Source of the DNA: Thermoplasmata archaeon | GTDB taxonomy: Archaea > Thermoplasmatota > SW-10-69-26 > JACQPN01 > JAJPHT01 | Direction of reading: 5' to 3' | Assembly: GCA_034667685.1 (NCBI GenBank) | Contig: JAXDQU010000008.1 | Span: 24,212 to 88,211, forward strand | DNA length: 64,000 bases | Shown here: in pieces, positions 18,756 through 28,435 of the stretch | How positions within the stretch are numbered: position 1 is the first letter of the stretch | Layout: each line of letters begins with the position of its first letter | Made by a program: the position numbers and the translations under genes | Notes under the pieces: model-generated | Told to the model about the DNA's origin: nothing | The model's input: the letters and a program-made list of their open reading frames with translations, nothing else | The model's database searches: none

Positions 18756-19265
18756 TCACCCGCACAGGTAGTCCACGAATTTTGATAGCGGGAGGCCCTC
18801 GTTCCAGCGCAGGACGTAGTTGCCTTTCTCGGTCTTGCCGACCTTCGGGAGGCGGTCGTAGAGGACGGCGATGCGCGGGGGGAGGTTCTCGGTGGGGAGC
18901 GTGTGGACGCGCCACGAGTCGCCGCGGACGCCCTTCCGCCGGAACGCGTAGAGCGGGATGACGCTGGCGCGGCTGCATTCGGCGCGCATGGCCTCGGCCT
19001 GCTCCTGGTTGCGCTTGCTGCCGTCGGCGAAGTGGATGACGTCGGCGCTGGCGCTCTTGACCTCGATGGGGAAGCTGACGTCGCCGCGGAGCGCGACGAG
19101 GTCGACGCCCAGCGAGCCCGCGCCGCGCACCACGAGGAAGGGGCGGTGGCGCGCCTTGAGGTAGGCTGCCTGCTCGTCGGGCGAGCACGTCTTGATCGAC
19201 CGGCGGATCGCCTCCTCGTCGCCCGAGAGGATCCCTTTCAGCTCGCGCTCGTAGGTGCTGCTCAT
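18756..19265 (-). CDS. hjc: Holliday junction resolvase Hjc-like PD-(D/E)xK nuclease
   Basis: YERELKGIL ... VVRGAGSLGVDLVAL ... FPIEVKS catalytic core typical of archaeal Hjc, with an internal insertion and a C-terminal extension. Confidence 0.55.
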   Translation of the reverse strand: MSSTYERELKGILSGDEEAIRRSIKTCSPDEQAAYLKARHRPFLVVRGAGSLGVDLVALRGDVSFPIEVKSASADVIHFADGSKRNQEQAEAMRAECSRASVIPLYAFRRKGVRGDSWRVHTLPTENLPPRIAVLYDRLPKVGKTEKGNYVLRWNEGLPLSKFVDYLCG

Positions 19266-19372
19266 CCCGTTGCCTGGCAGCGGGGAGCCTCTGCATGGCC
19301 TTTGAGGAGGGGGGAGCGAAACTGCGGCGGAAGCCTATTTGCACGCTCGCGGGGCATGCTCGCGGGAGCCCG

Positions 19373-20152
19373 ATGCAAGCCAAGGACGTCATGACGCGCA
19401 CGCCCATCACGATCGACAAGGACCAGCGGCTCGACCACGTGCTCGAGACCATGCGCAAGAGCCGCGTGAGCAAGCTCGTCGTCGTCGAGAAGGGCGCGGT
19501 CGTCGGCCTCCTGGTGGACGGCGACATCGCCGACGAGCTGGGCGCCATCAAGAACCGCGGCGTCCCGGCGAGCCACCTCCACGTGAGCAGCGCGATGCGG
19601 CGCCGCTTCGAGGTCGTCGCGCCCGACACGGGCTTGGAGCAGGTGCGCGAGCTGCTCCTCGACGGCAACGCCGGCCTCGTCCCCGTCGTCCACGACCAGA
19701 CCTGCGTGGGCGTCGTCACGTGCAGCGACATGCTCGCGCGCGTCGACTCGACGAAGACGATCGAGGAGATCATGACCAAGGCGCTGCACGTCGTCGCGCC
19801 CAGCGACCGCGTCATCCATGCCCGGCGCATGATGGTCGACCACCGCGTCGAGCGCCTCCCCGTCCTCGATGGGGGCAAGCTCGTCGGGATCGTCGGCGAG
19901 ATGGACGTCGCGCTGGGCCTCGCGCGCTTCAAGGACACCGTCGCCGACAAGCACCAGCCCGCCGCCCTCCAGCGCTTCCTCGTCGAGGACGTCATGACGC
20001 GCACCCTCACCACCGGCCGGCCCGAGATGACGCTCACCGAGGCCGCGCGCCTCATGAAGCAGAACGACGTGGGCTGCCTCCCCGTCCTGCGCGGCGAGCG
20101 CTGCGCCGGCATCGTCACGCGCGGGGACCTGATCCGCTTCGCGAAGCCGTGA
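19373..20152 (+). CDS. CBS-domain protein (four CBS motifs)
   Basis: repeated CBS signatures (DVMTRTPITI..., SKLVVVEKGAVVGLLVDGDI, VERLPVLDGGKLVGIVGEMDV, VGCLPVLRGERCAGIVTRGDL). Confidence 0.8.
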   Translation: MQAKDVMTRTPITIDKDQRLDHVLETMRKSRVSKLVVVEKGAVVGLLVDGDIADELGAIKNRGVPASHLHVSSAMRRRFEVVAPDTGLEQVRELLLDGNAGLVPVVHDQTCVGVVTCSDMLARVDSTKTIEEIMTKALHVVAPSDRVIHARRMMVDHRVERLPVLDGGKLVGIVGEMDVALGLARFKDTVADKHQPAALQRFLVEDVMTRTLTTGRPEMTLTEAARLMKQNDVGCLPVLRGERCAGIVTRGDLIRFAKP

Positions 20153-20158
20153 ATCGTC

Positions 20159-20551
20159 ATGGCCCGCCGCGACGCGCTCCTCGTCGCCGCCCTGGCCGCC
20201 CTCGTCACGGCGGCGGGCGTCTTCTCGTGGATCATGCGCAACGGGTGCGCGGACTGCGGCAACGACGACTTCCGGCCGCCCTCGATCGAGCTGCGCGTCG
20301 TCAACCTGACCGCGCAGGCCGAGACGCTGGAGGTGACGTTCGTCTCCCGCGTCGCCCACTTCGACGACCTCCAGCTCCAGGTCGACGGCGCGAACGTCAC
20401 GTGGCACGCCGAGCGCCCGCCGGGCACGCCCCTCGGGGGGCGCACGCCGCCTCTGGCGCGCGACCTCGTGGTCGTCGCCGCCTCGCAAGGCACGCTGCGC
20501 ATCGTGGGCGTGGACTGCCGGTGCGTCGTCGCGACCTACGCATTGGGGTAG
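20159..20551 (+). CDS. membrane-anchored hypothetical protein
   Basis: N-terminal TM/signal anchor MARRDALLVAALAALVTAAGVFSWIM; 7-nt gap after the CBS gene, probably same operon. Confidence 0.45.
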   Translation: MARRDALLVAALAALVTAAGVFSWIMRNGCADCGNDDFRPPSIELRVVNLTAQAETLEVTFVSRVAHFDDLQLQVDGANVTWHAERPPGTPLGGRTPPLARDLVVVAASQGTLRIVGVDCRCVVATYALG

Positions 20552-20581
20552 CCTGATAAGCCGGCGGGGGGCTCGCGCCTC

Positions 20582-21040
20582 GTGGCCGAGCCGCCGGCGC
20601 CGCGCAAGCGCGTCAAGGACGAGGAGGTCGTGGCGCTCCTCGTGAAGGTCATCCTGGAGGAGGGCACCGTCTCCTCCCAGTCGCGGCTCGCGGAGCTGGT
20701 CAACCGGCAGCTCAAGCGCCGCGGCGCCACCGTCACCCCCGCGCGGGCGCGCGTGCTCGCCGTGCGCAGCGGCCTGGTGGGCATCCACGTCCGCACGCGC
20801 GCGGGCGGCCCGACCCCCGACCTCGCGCGCTGCCCGGTGTGCGGCTCGAAGCTGCGCCGCACCGCGAACCGCACCCTCACCGGGAGCACGGCCCAGACGG
20901 GTTACAAGTGCACGCGCTGCCCCTGGTGGACCGGCCGCGAGCTTCGCGTCCCGCACCACTACGTCTTCCAGGCCAAGGTGGCGCGGCTCGAAGGTGGAAA
21001 CCCGGGCCAGCTCTCCTTCCTCCCGACGCGAAGGAGCTAG
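20582..21040 (+). CDS. hypothetical protein with C4 zinc-ribbon
   Basis: GTG start; CPVCGS ... CTRCPW zinc-ribbon; basic N-terminal region. Confidence 0.45.
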   Translation: MAEPPAPRKRVKDEEVVALLVKVILEEGTVSSQSRLAELVNRQLKRRGATVTPARARVLAVRSGLVGIHVRTRAGGPTPDLARCPVCGSKLRRTANRTLTGSTAQTGYKCTRCPWWTGRELRVPHHYVFQAKVARLEGGNPGQLSFLPTRRS

Positions 21041-21079
21041 CCTTCCGGGGGGCAAGTTCTCCTCCCAAGGTCGTTCGCC

Positions 21080-21153
21080 GGCGCTCCTTTCCCAACACCG
21101 CGAATCCCCGAATCCGCGGACGACCCGGATCCCGGTGTCAGGAAGGGAGCGCC
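21080..21153. repeat. intergenic palindromic repeat, family D copy 1
   Basis: arms GGCGCTCCTTTCCCAACACCG / CGGTGTCAGGAAGGGAGCGCC; related copy at 34861-34928. Confidence 0.65.
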
Positions 21154-21230
21154 ACGAAGACGCCCATCGGGGCAGGAGCTCGCCCTCGCCCCCGGAAGGC
21201 TCATCACGGGTCGCTCCGGTGGCGGTCACG

Positions 21231-21860
21231 ATGGCCAGGCCCAAGGATCCCGAAGAACGCCGACGAATCGTCCAAGCCGCGGAGCGCCGCGAGCGCACGC
21301 AGCGCTACTCGCGCATCGCGATCATCGCGGTCGTCGCGATCGTCGTGATCGCGGGCGTGGCGTACGGCATCAGCAAGATCCCCAAGCCCCCCGGCCAGGT
21401 CCACTGGCACGCCACCTACGACATCTACGTCAACGGCGAGCGCGCGAACATCGCGCCGGCCACGGCCATCAGCCTCTTCTACGAGGGGGGCGACAACTTC
21501 CTCCCCGCGCACCTCCACCAGGGCTGCCCGACCATCATCCACAACGAAGGCACCGAGGGCAAGGGCTCCCTCCAGACGCTCTTCAACAACGGCTGGGTCA
21601 AGCAGGGCGGCAAGCTCTCCAACGATGAGATGGTGATCCCGCCGGGCGCCTCGATCTCGGGCGACTTCAAGACGGACGCCACGCACTCGCTGCGCCTGTT
21701 CATCAGCCACAACAACGGCACCTGGGAGGGTCCGGTGGACGTGGGCACCCCGCTCCAGGACCACATGCGCTACCTGCTCGTGTACGGCAACGAGACCGCC
21801 GACCAGGTCGCGGCGTACGAGAACGTGACGCCCCTCTTCGACCAGAAGATGGTCTGCTGA
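21231..21860 (+). CDS. membrane-anchored hypothetical protein
   Basis: ATG start; basic N-terminus then TM anchor IAIIAVVAIVVIAGVAYGI; large extracytoplasmic domain. Confidence 0.6.
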   Translation: MARPKDPEERRRIVQAAERRERTQRYSRIAIIAVVAIVVIAGVAYGISKIPKPPGQVHWHATYDIYVNGERANIAPATAISLFYEGGDNFLPAHLHQGCPTIIHNEGTEGKGSLQTLFNNGWVKQGGKLSNDEMVIPPGASISGDFKTDATHSLRLFISHNNGTWEGPVDVGTPLQDHMRYLLVYGNETADQVAAYENVTPLFDQKMVC

Positions 21861-21957
21861 GCTCACCCCGCCCGCGCCACGCCGGTCCGTCAGAAACGAC
21901 GGATGGGATGGGATGCACGCGACGGACTCGTGCGGCGCGGGCGAGGATGAGAGGGAA

Positions 21958-22254
21958 CTAACCGGCGAAGGCCTGCTCGCGCTCCGCCTTCGCCACGCTG
22001 ATCTCCAGCATGGCCTGGTTGACGTCGGCCTCGAACTCGCGCCGCGCGAGGGCCAGGACCGCGTTGCGGAACGCCTCGGTCATCGCGTAGCGGGGGCAGA
22101 GGAACTCGCCGGCCGCGGGCTCCATGAGGAGCGCGCAGCCCGAGTCCTTGCGGTGGGCGCAGTTGTCGCAGCTTGCGAGCAGGATTGCCATTGCCAGTCT
22201 CTCCCGGTGGGCGAACCCATCGGCTGCGGGCGCGTTCCACGCGTCCAGCCTCAC
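21958..22254 (-). CDS. small cysteine-containing hypothetical protein
   Basis: fits the 540-bp gap between flanking genes; four Cys (CDNC ... C ... C) suggest metal binding; start may be the internal Met (MAILLASCDNC). Confidence 0.35.
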   Translation of the reverse strand: MRLDAWNAPAADGFAHRERLAMAILLASCDNCAHRKDSGCALLMEPAAGEFLCPRYAMTEAFRNAVLALARREFEADVNQAMLEISVAKAEREQAFAG

Positions 22255-22400
22255 CGCATGGGTCGGGAACCTGCCATAACCCTTCGCATCTCGATCCCGG
22301 CATCAATCCCCTCGTTCCGCCGGGGCCTCGTTGCCGGCCTTCCTGGGGGCGCGGCCGGGCGGCCGGAAGCGCTTATGCCGGAGGCGCGTGTGGCCCAAGC

Positions 22401-23666
22401 ATGGACCGCCTCGCCCTGCTGGCACGCCTCGCCCGACCGGGCGAAGCGGCGGTCCACCTCGCGGCGCAGGACCTCGTCGCCGCGCTGCCGGCCGCCTCGC
22501 TCGCCGTGCGCGAGGGCGTGGCGTGGCGGCGCGAGGCGGGCGGCGCGTGGCGCGCGACGGACGAACCCGCGTGGGAGGCGATGCGCGCGTTCCTGCGCGG
22601 GCCGGGCTGGCGCGTCGCGCTCCTCGGCTATGACGCAGGCCGTCTCGTCGAGCGCCTTCCTTCCCTCGCGCGGGACGACACGCGCCTCCCGCAGGTCCTG
22701 CTCCATCGCTTCGAGGCGGCATACGTCGCGGGCGACCTGCGGGCGGTGGACGACGCGGCCGGGCTGCGCCTGGCCGAGCGCGCGAAGGCCGATCCGCCCC
22801 CGCGCGCCGCGGGCCGCGCCGGGCCCCTCGCGCCCAGCCTGCCCCGCGCCCGCTTCGAGCGGATGGTGCACGAGGCGAAGGCGCACGTGCGCGCGGGCGA
22901 CGTCTTCCAGGTCAACCTGAGCCATCGCCTCGAAGGGGATTGCGATGCCGACCCGGTGGCGCTCTACGCGCGGCTCGCGCGTGCGAACCCCGCGCCGCAC
23001 GCCGCGTTTCTCCAGAGCGGGCCGCTGCCCGAGGACGCGGAAGGGTTCGTGGTGCTCAGCGCTTCGCCCGAGCGGCTCGTCCGGGTCGCGGATGGCCGGA
23101 TCGAGGCGCGCCCCATCGCCGGCACGCGGCCGCGCGGCGCCGATCCGGAAGAAGACGCTGCGTTGGTCGAGGAGCTGCGCCGCGATGGGAAGGAGCAGGC
23201 GGAGCACGCGATGATGGTGGATCTGGCTCGCAACGATTTGGGCCGGGTCGCCGCGTTCGGCAGCGTGTGCGTGCCGCGCCTCGCCGACGTCGAAACGTAC
23301 CGCAGCGTCCACCACCTGGTGAGCACGGTCGAGGCGCGCCTGCGGCCGGGCGCCGACGCGGTGGACGTGGTGCGCGCGCTCTTCCCGGGCGCCACGATCA
23401 CCGGTGCGCCCAAGGTCCGCGCGATGGAGGTCATCGAGGCGCTGGAGCCGGTGCGCCGCGGCGTCTACACGGGCTCGCTGGGCGCCCTCACGTCCGAGGG
23501 CGAGCTCGACCTGAACATCCTCATCCGCACGTTCCTCCTGCGCCGCGGCCGCCTGCACCTGCAGGTGGGGGCCGGCATCGTGGAGGAAAGCGATCCGGCG
23601 CGCGAGTGGGACGAGACGCTCGCAAAGGCCAAGGGGATGCTGCTGGCGCTGGAGGACGTCGCGTGA
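22401..23666 (+). CDS. pabB: aminodeoxychorismate synthase component I / chorismate-binding enzyme (PabB/TrpE family)
   Basis: chorismate-binding-domain motifs (FQVNLSHR, PGATITGAPKVRAMEVIEALE, RGVYTGSLG, ILIRT). Confidence 0.85.
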   Translation: MDRLALLARLARPGEAAVHLAAQDLVAALPAASLAVREGVAWRREAGGAWRATDEPAWEAMRAFLRGPGWRVALLGYDAGRLVERLPSLARDDTRLPQVLLHRFEAAYVAGDLRAVDDAAGLRLAERAKADPPPRAAGRAGPLAPSLPRARFERMVHEAKAHVRAGDVFQVNLSHRLEGDCDADPVALYARLARANPAPHAAFLQSGPLPEDAEGFVVLSASPERLVRVADGRIEARPIAGTRPRGADPEEDAALVEELRRDGKEQAEHAMMVDLARNDLGRVAAFGSVCVPRLADVETYRSVHHLVSTVEARLRPGADAVDVVRALFPGATITGAPKVRAMEVIEALEPVRRGVYTGSLGALTSEGELDLNILIRTFLLRRGRLHLQVGAGIVEESDPAREWDETLAKAKGMLLALEDVA

Positions 23667-24526
23667 GCTTCGACGTCGTCCACCTGAACGGCCGGCTTCT
23701 CCCGAGGTCGGAGGCGAAGGTCGGCGTCGACGACCGCGGCTTCCTCCTGGGCGACGGCCTCTTCGAGACGATGCGCGCCTACCAGGGTAGACCGGCGTTC
23801 CTCGGCGAGCACCTCGCGCGGCTGCGCCACGGCGCCGCGGCGATGCGTCTCGCCTTGCCCGACGACCTCGCGGCGCGCGTGGCGGCCACGCTCGCGGCGA
23901 ACGGCATGCCCGACTGCGCGGTGCGCGTCACGGTCACGCGCGGCCCGGGCGGGCGGGGCGCCTCGCCGCGCGGCGCGGGGCCGCCCACCGTGCTCGTCGC
24001 GCTCTCTCCCATCCCTTACGCGGAGGAGCTTTACTCGTGCGGGCTGGCCGCCGTGACCGCGCCGGCGCCGCCCTCCCTGGGGCTGAAGGCCACGAGCTAC
24101 GCGGCCCACGTGCTCGCGCGGATCGCGGCCGACGACGCGGGCGCCGACGAGGCCATCCTGGTCGACGGGACGGGCGCGCTGCTGGAAGCGACGCAGGCGA
24201 ACGTCTTCCTCGTGCGCGGCGACGAGCTGCTCACGCCGCCCGCCGTTGGCGTCCTGCCCGGCGTGACGCGCGCGACGTTGCTGCGGATCGCGCCCGAGGC
24301 CGGCCTCACGCCGCGCGAGGCGCGCCTCACCCCGGCCGACGCGCGGGGGGCCGACGAGGCGCTGCTCTGCGCGAGCGTGCTGGAGGTCGCGCCCGTGGCG
24401 AGCCTCGATGGCGCGCCGCTGCGCCGGGGCGACGTCGCGGACCGCTTGCGCCGGCTCTACCGGCTCCACGCGACGCGCAGCGGGGAAACCTCACCAAGCG
24501 AAGGGCTCAAGCACCACGTCGGCTGA
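23663..24526 (+). CDS. pabC: aminodeoxychorismate lyase / class IV aminotransferase
   Basis: GTG start overlaps the pabB stop (GTGA); fold-type IV PLP enzyme motifs (DDRGFLLGDGLFET, ILVDGTGALLEATQANVF). Confidence 0.8.
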   Translation: MSFDVVHLNGRLLPRSEAKVGVDDRGFLLGDGLFETMRAYQGRPAFLGEHLARLRHGAAAMRLALPDDLAARVAATLAANGMPDCAVRVTVTRGPGGRGASPRGAGPPTVLVALSPIPYAEELYSCGLAAVTAPAPPSLGLKATSYAAHVLARIAADDAGADEAILVDGTGALLEATQANVFLVRGDELLTPPAVGVLPGVTRATLLRIAPEAGLTPREARLTPADARGADEALLCASVLEVAPVASLDGAPLRRGDVADRLRRLYRLHATRSGETSPSEGLKHHVG

Positions 24527-24722
24527 GTGCCCGGCGGGGCCTCGGCCCCAAAACGGTGGGATTGCATTTGCAGAACAACGTCTCTCAGCTCATGCTGGAA
24601 CGCAGGATGACGATTCCGGTCGACGCGCCGCTCAAGCTGGTCGAGGACATCGAGGCCTACAGCGCCCTCGTCGAGATGCAGGCGCGCATGACGGGCCCGG
24701 CGTCATGGTACCAACGTCTCGC

Positions 24723-27700
24723 TTAGGCCAGAATGACCGGCGAGTACGACGTCTCGGCCCCGGCGACCTCGGTGTCGGCTCCGTAGCTGCCGGGGAGCGT
24801 CGCGCTCGCCTCCACGTAGTGCGTGCCGGGCAGGTCGCCCGTGGGCAGGTCCTGCGGGAGGGGCGCCACCGCCACGCCGTCGCCCCGCGTCGTCGCGCTC
24901 ACGGTGTGGAGCACGATGCGCGAGAGGCCCGGCGCGGGCGCCCAGGTCACGTTGACCGTGACGCCGTGGAACGTCAGCGGGCCGAACGGGTCGTCGCGCA
25001 GCGAGACGATCGCCGTCGCCACGCCCGAGGAGGCGACGCTCGCGATGACGCCCACGTTCAGGTGGTCGTCCACGAGCATCGTGGCGTTGGCGTAGGCGAC
25101 GAGCCCCGCCTGGTCGGTGACGCGCACCGTGACGACGATCGGGCCCACCGCGCTCGCGCGCCACGAGACGTTCATGCCCGTGGCCTGCGCCTGGAAGCCG
25201 TCGGCCGGGTCGAAGTCCCATGCATACTGGAGCTTCGCGTCGCTTCCGTCGGCGTCGTGGCTTCCATACGCGGATAGCAGGACGGGCACGCCGGCCTCCG
25301 CGGCGGCGGGGACCGCGATCGCGGCGGAGGGGGGCGCGTTGGCGCCGAGCGTGACGTTGAGCGCCGCGTCCGCGGTGAGGTTGCCGTCGCTGACGACGAC
25401 GTCGAGCGCGTAGGCGCCGGCCTGCGCGGCGCTCGTGGCCCAGACCAACGTCGCCCCCTGGAAGGCGAGGCCCGCGGGCGCGCCCGGGACGCTGAAGCGG
25501 AGCGCGTCCTTGTCCGGGTCGCTCGCGTGGAGCGCGACGCGCACCGTGTCGCCCGCGACCGCGCTGACGTCGGGGATCGGCTGGAGGATGGGCGCGCGGT
25601 CGGCGTCGGCGACGACGAGCCGGCCCACGGCGCTCGCGCTGAGCGTGCCGTCGTTGGCGAGGAACGTCACGTTGTATGCGCCGGCCTGGAGGTAGCCGGG
25701 CACCCAGCGGAGCACCTGGTGCGCGGCGTCGAACGTCGCGCCGGCGGGGAGGCCGCGCGCGCTGAACGAGACGGGGTCCGCGTCGGGGTCGGTGGCGGAG
25801 ACCTGGATCTGGAGCGGCTGCCCCTCGATGCCGTAGGCGGTGGGGATCGAGGCGAAGACGGGCGCGCGGTCGACGTTGACCACGTGGAGCGTGATCGTGC
25901 TCTCGGTCAGGTTCTGGGCGTCGCTCGCCTGGAGCGTGATATCATAGTCGCCGGCCTGCGTGAAGTCGGGCGTCCACGCGAGGCGCGCGGTGCCGTTGCC
26001 GAAGTCGACGAACGAGGCGCCCACGGGAAGCACGGTGGAGAAGAGCGAGACGGGATCGCCGTCGACGTCGCTCCCGCGCACGAGGAACGAGAGCGGCTGC
26101 CCCTCCCGGCCCGAGAGGTTGCCCTCGATCGCCATGCCGGGCGGCGCGTTGCTGTGGCCCACCGTGATCGTGATCGCCTGCGAGTCCGTGCGCCAGCCGT
26201 CGGTGACGGAGACGTCGATCGGGCCGTACGTCCCCTCCTGCGCGAAGCCGGGGCGCCAGCGGAACGCGCCGGTCGCGTTGTCGAACGTCGCGCCCGCGGG
26301 CAGCGGCGCCATGGCGAACGTCACGTTGTCCTGGTCGGGGTCGCTCGCGCCCACGCGGAAGGCGAGGTCGTGGTCCTCCGCGACGACCTGGTCCGCGAGC
26401 GGCAGGAGCACGGGCGCGGCGTCGAGCACCGGCACGTCGCGCGTGAGCGTCGAGGTCCAGCCGTCCGCGTCCGTGACCGCGAGCGTCGCCTGGTACGCGC
26501 CGGGCGCCGCGAAGACGTGGCTCGCCGTCGCGCCGGTCGCGCTCCCGCCGTCGCTGAACGACCAGCTCCACGCGGCGAGGTCGCGGCCGTTGCCCTGCGA
26601 GGCGTCCGCGAACGCGATCGGCCGGCCCCACGTCGAGTTCGCGATGGTGAACGAAGGCGTGGGCGGGCAGACCTCGCGCGTCGGGATGCTGTCGAGGTAG
26701 CAGCGCGCGTCCACGCCGTTGCCGCTCCCCGCGTCGGCGATCGAGGCGAGGATGGCGGCGCGCGAGTAGACGCCCCAGTCGTTGTGGCGCGCGTCGAGCG
26801 CCAAGCCGTGCACGCCGGGCCCGAGCGCGAGCGTGGTCGCGCCGCGCAGGTGGTTGTGGCCGAACGTGGCGTTGGTGATATCATCGAGGGTCACGGCGGT
26901 GGTCGTGCCGCTGCCCACGACGTAGTCGTTCCAGAGGGTGGGCGAGCCGCCGCGCACGGCGATGGGAAGCGTGGCGGTGAAGACGTCGGCCGTGGACGAG
27001 GCGGGACCGGTGAGCGTCATGTCGAGGCCGCGCTCGAACCCGGTGAGGCCGTTGTTGGAGAGCGCGAAGCCCTGGCCCACGAGCAGGATGCCCAGGGGCG
27101 CCTTCGCGCTGAAGGAGGAGGACTGGAGCACGTTGCCCGAGACGTTGGCGCCGTCCGCCACGACGCGCACCGCGATCGCGTCGAGGGGAGCGGTGCTGCT
27201 GTTGGCGGGGACCGTGACGAGGTTGCCGTGGATCCACGCGTCGGGCGCGGCGACGTCGATCGCGCGCAGCGGCGTGGTGGCGGCGGCAAGGTTGATGCGG
27301 TTGCCTTCGAGCCGCACGTCCGCGCCGGTGATCTCGAAGCCGACGTCCGCGGCGCGGCGTCCGAGCGAGGCGGCCTGGGCGCCGAGGTTGCGCAGCGTGG
27401 CGCCCTGGACGACGTCGCGGTCGCCGGCGACCTGCACGAGGCTCGCGGTGACGTCGGCGCCGGTGGCGGTGAGGTTGGGGTTCTGCACGACGAGCCCGCG
27501 CAGCGTCGCGTCGGGCGCCAGGAGACGCACCGTGGCGAGGCGCGAGGCGGGGCCGTCGACGACGACGTCCTGCCGGTCCTGGCACGTCTCGCCGCCGGGC
27601 GCGGTGGCGCAGACCGTGACGCCGCTGGTGATATCAAAGCCCGCGTAGGTCCTCGGGGCGAGGAGGACCGTGGCACCGGCCGGGGCGCAGGCGAGCGCGT

Positions 27701-28361
27701 CGGCGACGGTGGCGTAGGCGCTCCCGCCGCAGGCGTCGGGCGAGACGCGGATCGCCGCGACCGCCACCGACAGGTCGTCCACGAGCACGGGGGCGCCCTG
27801 GGGCCACGCGCCGGGCGAGGCGACGAGCGTCTGGATGGCGAAGCTGACGAGGTGCGCGCCGGCCGGCATCGTCGCGGGGCCGCTCCCGTCGCATGCTTGC
27901 AGGGGCGCGGCGAGGTCCACGCTCCACGCGGCGTAGGTCGTCTGGCGGGCGAGCGCGTGCGGCGCGGTGGCGAGGCACGTCCCGTCGTCGAGCTGGAGCA
28001 CCTCCTGGAGCGAGATCGGCTGCGGGAGGGTGGGCACCTCGAATTGATAGCGCAGCGCGACGAGCGAGGCGACGACGGGCGGCGCGGCCGGGAACGCGAT
28101 CACCTCGCCCAGCGCGAGGGAGGGCTGCGGCGCGGCGCCCCCCTTGGCGAGGTCGACGGCCTGCGTGCCGCCGCGCGCGAGGGGGCTCGTCTGCGCGCCC
28201 GCGTAGGCCAGGACGAAGCCGTTGGCCTGCGAGGGGCTGCCTTCGAGGCCGGGATCGAGCAGCGCCTCCACGCTGGGCGGGGGCGTCGCGGCGCCGGAGG
28301 CCGGGGCGATCCAGGGTGCGCCCACGAGGACCAGGGCGACCAGGACGGTGATGGGCCTCAT
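24723..28361 (-). CDS. giant secreted surface protein with right-handed parallel beta-helix and PKD/cadherin-like Ig repeats
   Basis: signal peptide MRPITVLVALVLVGAPWIAPASGA; PbH1-type beta-helix repeats; PKD domain WSWSFSDGGSATGATASHVFAAPGAYQATLAVTDADGW; four cadherin-like/putative-Ig repeats. Confidence 0.8.
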   Translation of the reverse strand: MRPITVLVALVLVGAPWIAPASGAATPPPSVEALLDPGLEGSPSQANGFVLAYAGAQTSPLARGGTQAVDLAKGGAAPQPSLALGEVIAFPAAPPVVASLVALRYQFEVPTLPQPISLQEVLQLDDGTCLATAPHALARQTTYAAWSVDLAAPLQACDGSGPATMPAGAHLVSFAIQTLVASPGAWPQGAPVLVDDLSVAVAAIRVSPDACGGSAYATVADALACAPAGATVLLAPRTYAGFDITSGVTVCATAPGGETCQDRQDVVVDGPASRLATVRLLAPDATLRGLVVQNPNLTATGADVTASLVQVAGDRDVVQGATLRNLGAQAASLGRRAADVGFEITGADVRLEGNRINLAAATTPLRAIDVAAPDAWIHGNLVTVPANSSTAPLDAIAVRVVADGANVSGNVLQSSSFSAKAPLGILLVGQGFALSNNGLTGFERGLDMTLTGPASSTADVFTATLPIAVRGGSPTLWNDYVVGSGTTTAVTLDDITNATFGHNHLRGATTLALGPGVHGLALDARHNDWGVYSRAAILASIADAGSGNGVDARCYLDSIPTREVCPPTPSFTIANSTWGRPIAFADASQGNGRDLAAWSWSFSDGGSATGATASHVFAAPGAYQATLAVTDADGWTSTLTRDVPVLDAAPVLLPLADQVVAEDHDLAFRVGASDPDQDNVTFAMAPLPAGATFDNATGAFRWRPGFAQEGTYGPIDVSVTDGWRTDSQAITITVGHSNAPPGMAIEGNLSGREGQPLSFLVRGSDVDGDPVSLFSTVLPVGASFVDFGNGTARLAWTPDFTQAGDYDITLQASDAQNLTESTITLHVVNVDRAPVFASIPTAYGIEGQPLQIQVSATDPDADPVSFSARGLPAGATFDAAHQVLRWVPGYLQAGAYNVTFLANDGTLSASAVGRLVVADADRAPILQPIPDVSAVAGDTVRVALHASDPDKDALRFSVPGAPAGLAFQGATLVWATSAAQAGAYALDVVVSDGNLTADAALNVTLGANAPPSAAIAVPAAAEAGVPVLLSAYGSHDADGSDAKLQYAWDFDPADGFQAQATGMNVSWRASAVGPIVVTVRVTDQAGLVAYANATMLVDDHLNVGVIASVASSGVATAIVSLRDDPFGPLTFHGVTVNVTWAPAPGLSRIVLHTVSATTRGDGVAVAPLPQDLPTGDLPGTHYVEASATLPGSYGADTEVAGAETSYSPVILA

Positions 28362-28435
28362 GCCTGCCAGCCTCGCGGGTCGGAAGAGAGGAAGAAAGGG
28401 GGTGAGCCTTCGGTGTCACCCCCGGAGGTGACCGC

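Noticed and set aside
22173-22400. Upstream extension of pabB from ATG 22173
   Set aside because: The N-terminal 76 residues are Pro/Arg/Gly-rich, overlap the minus-strand small gene region and lack similarity to PabB/TrpE N-termini. The internal ATG at 22401 (MDRLALLARL) is preferred.
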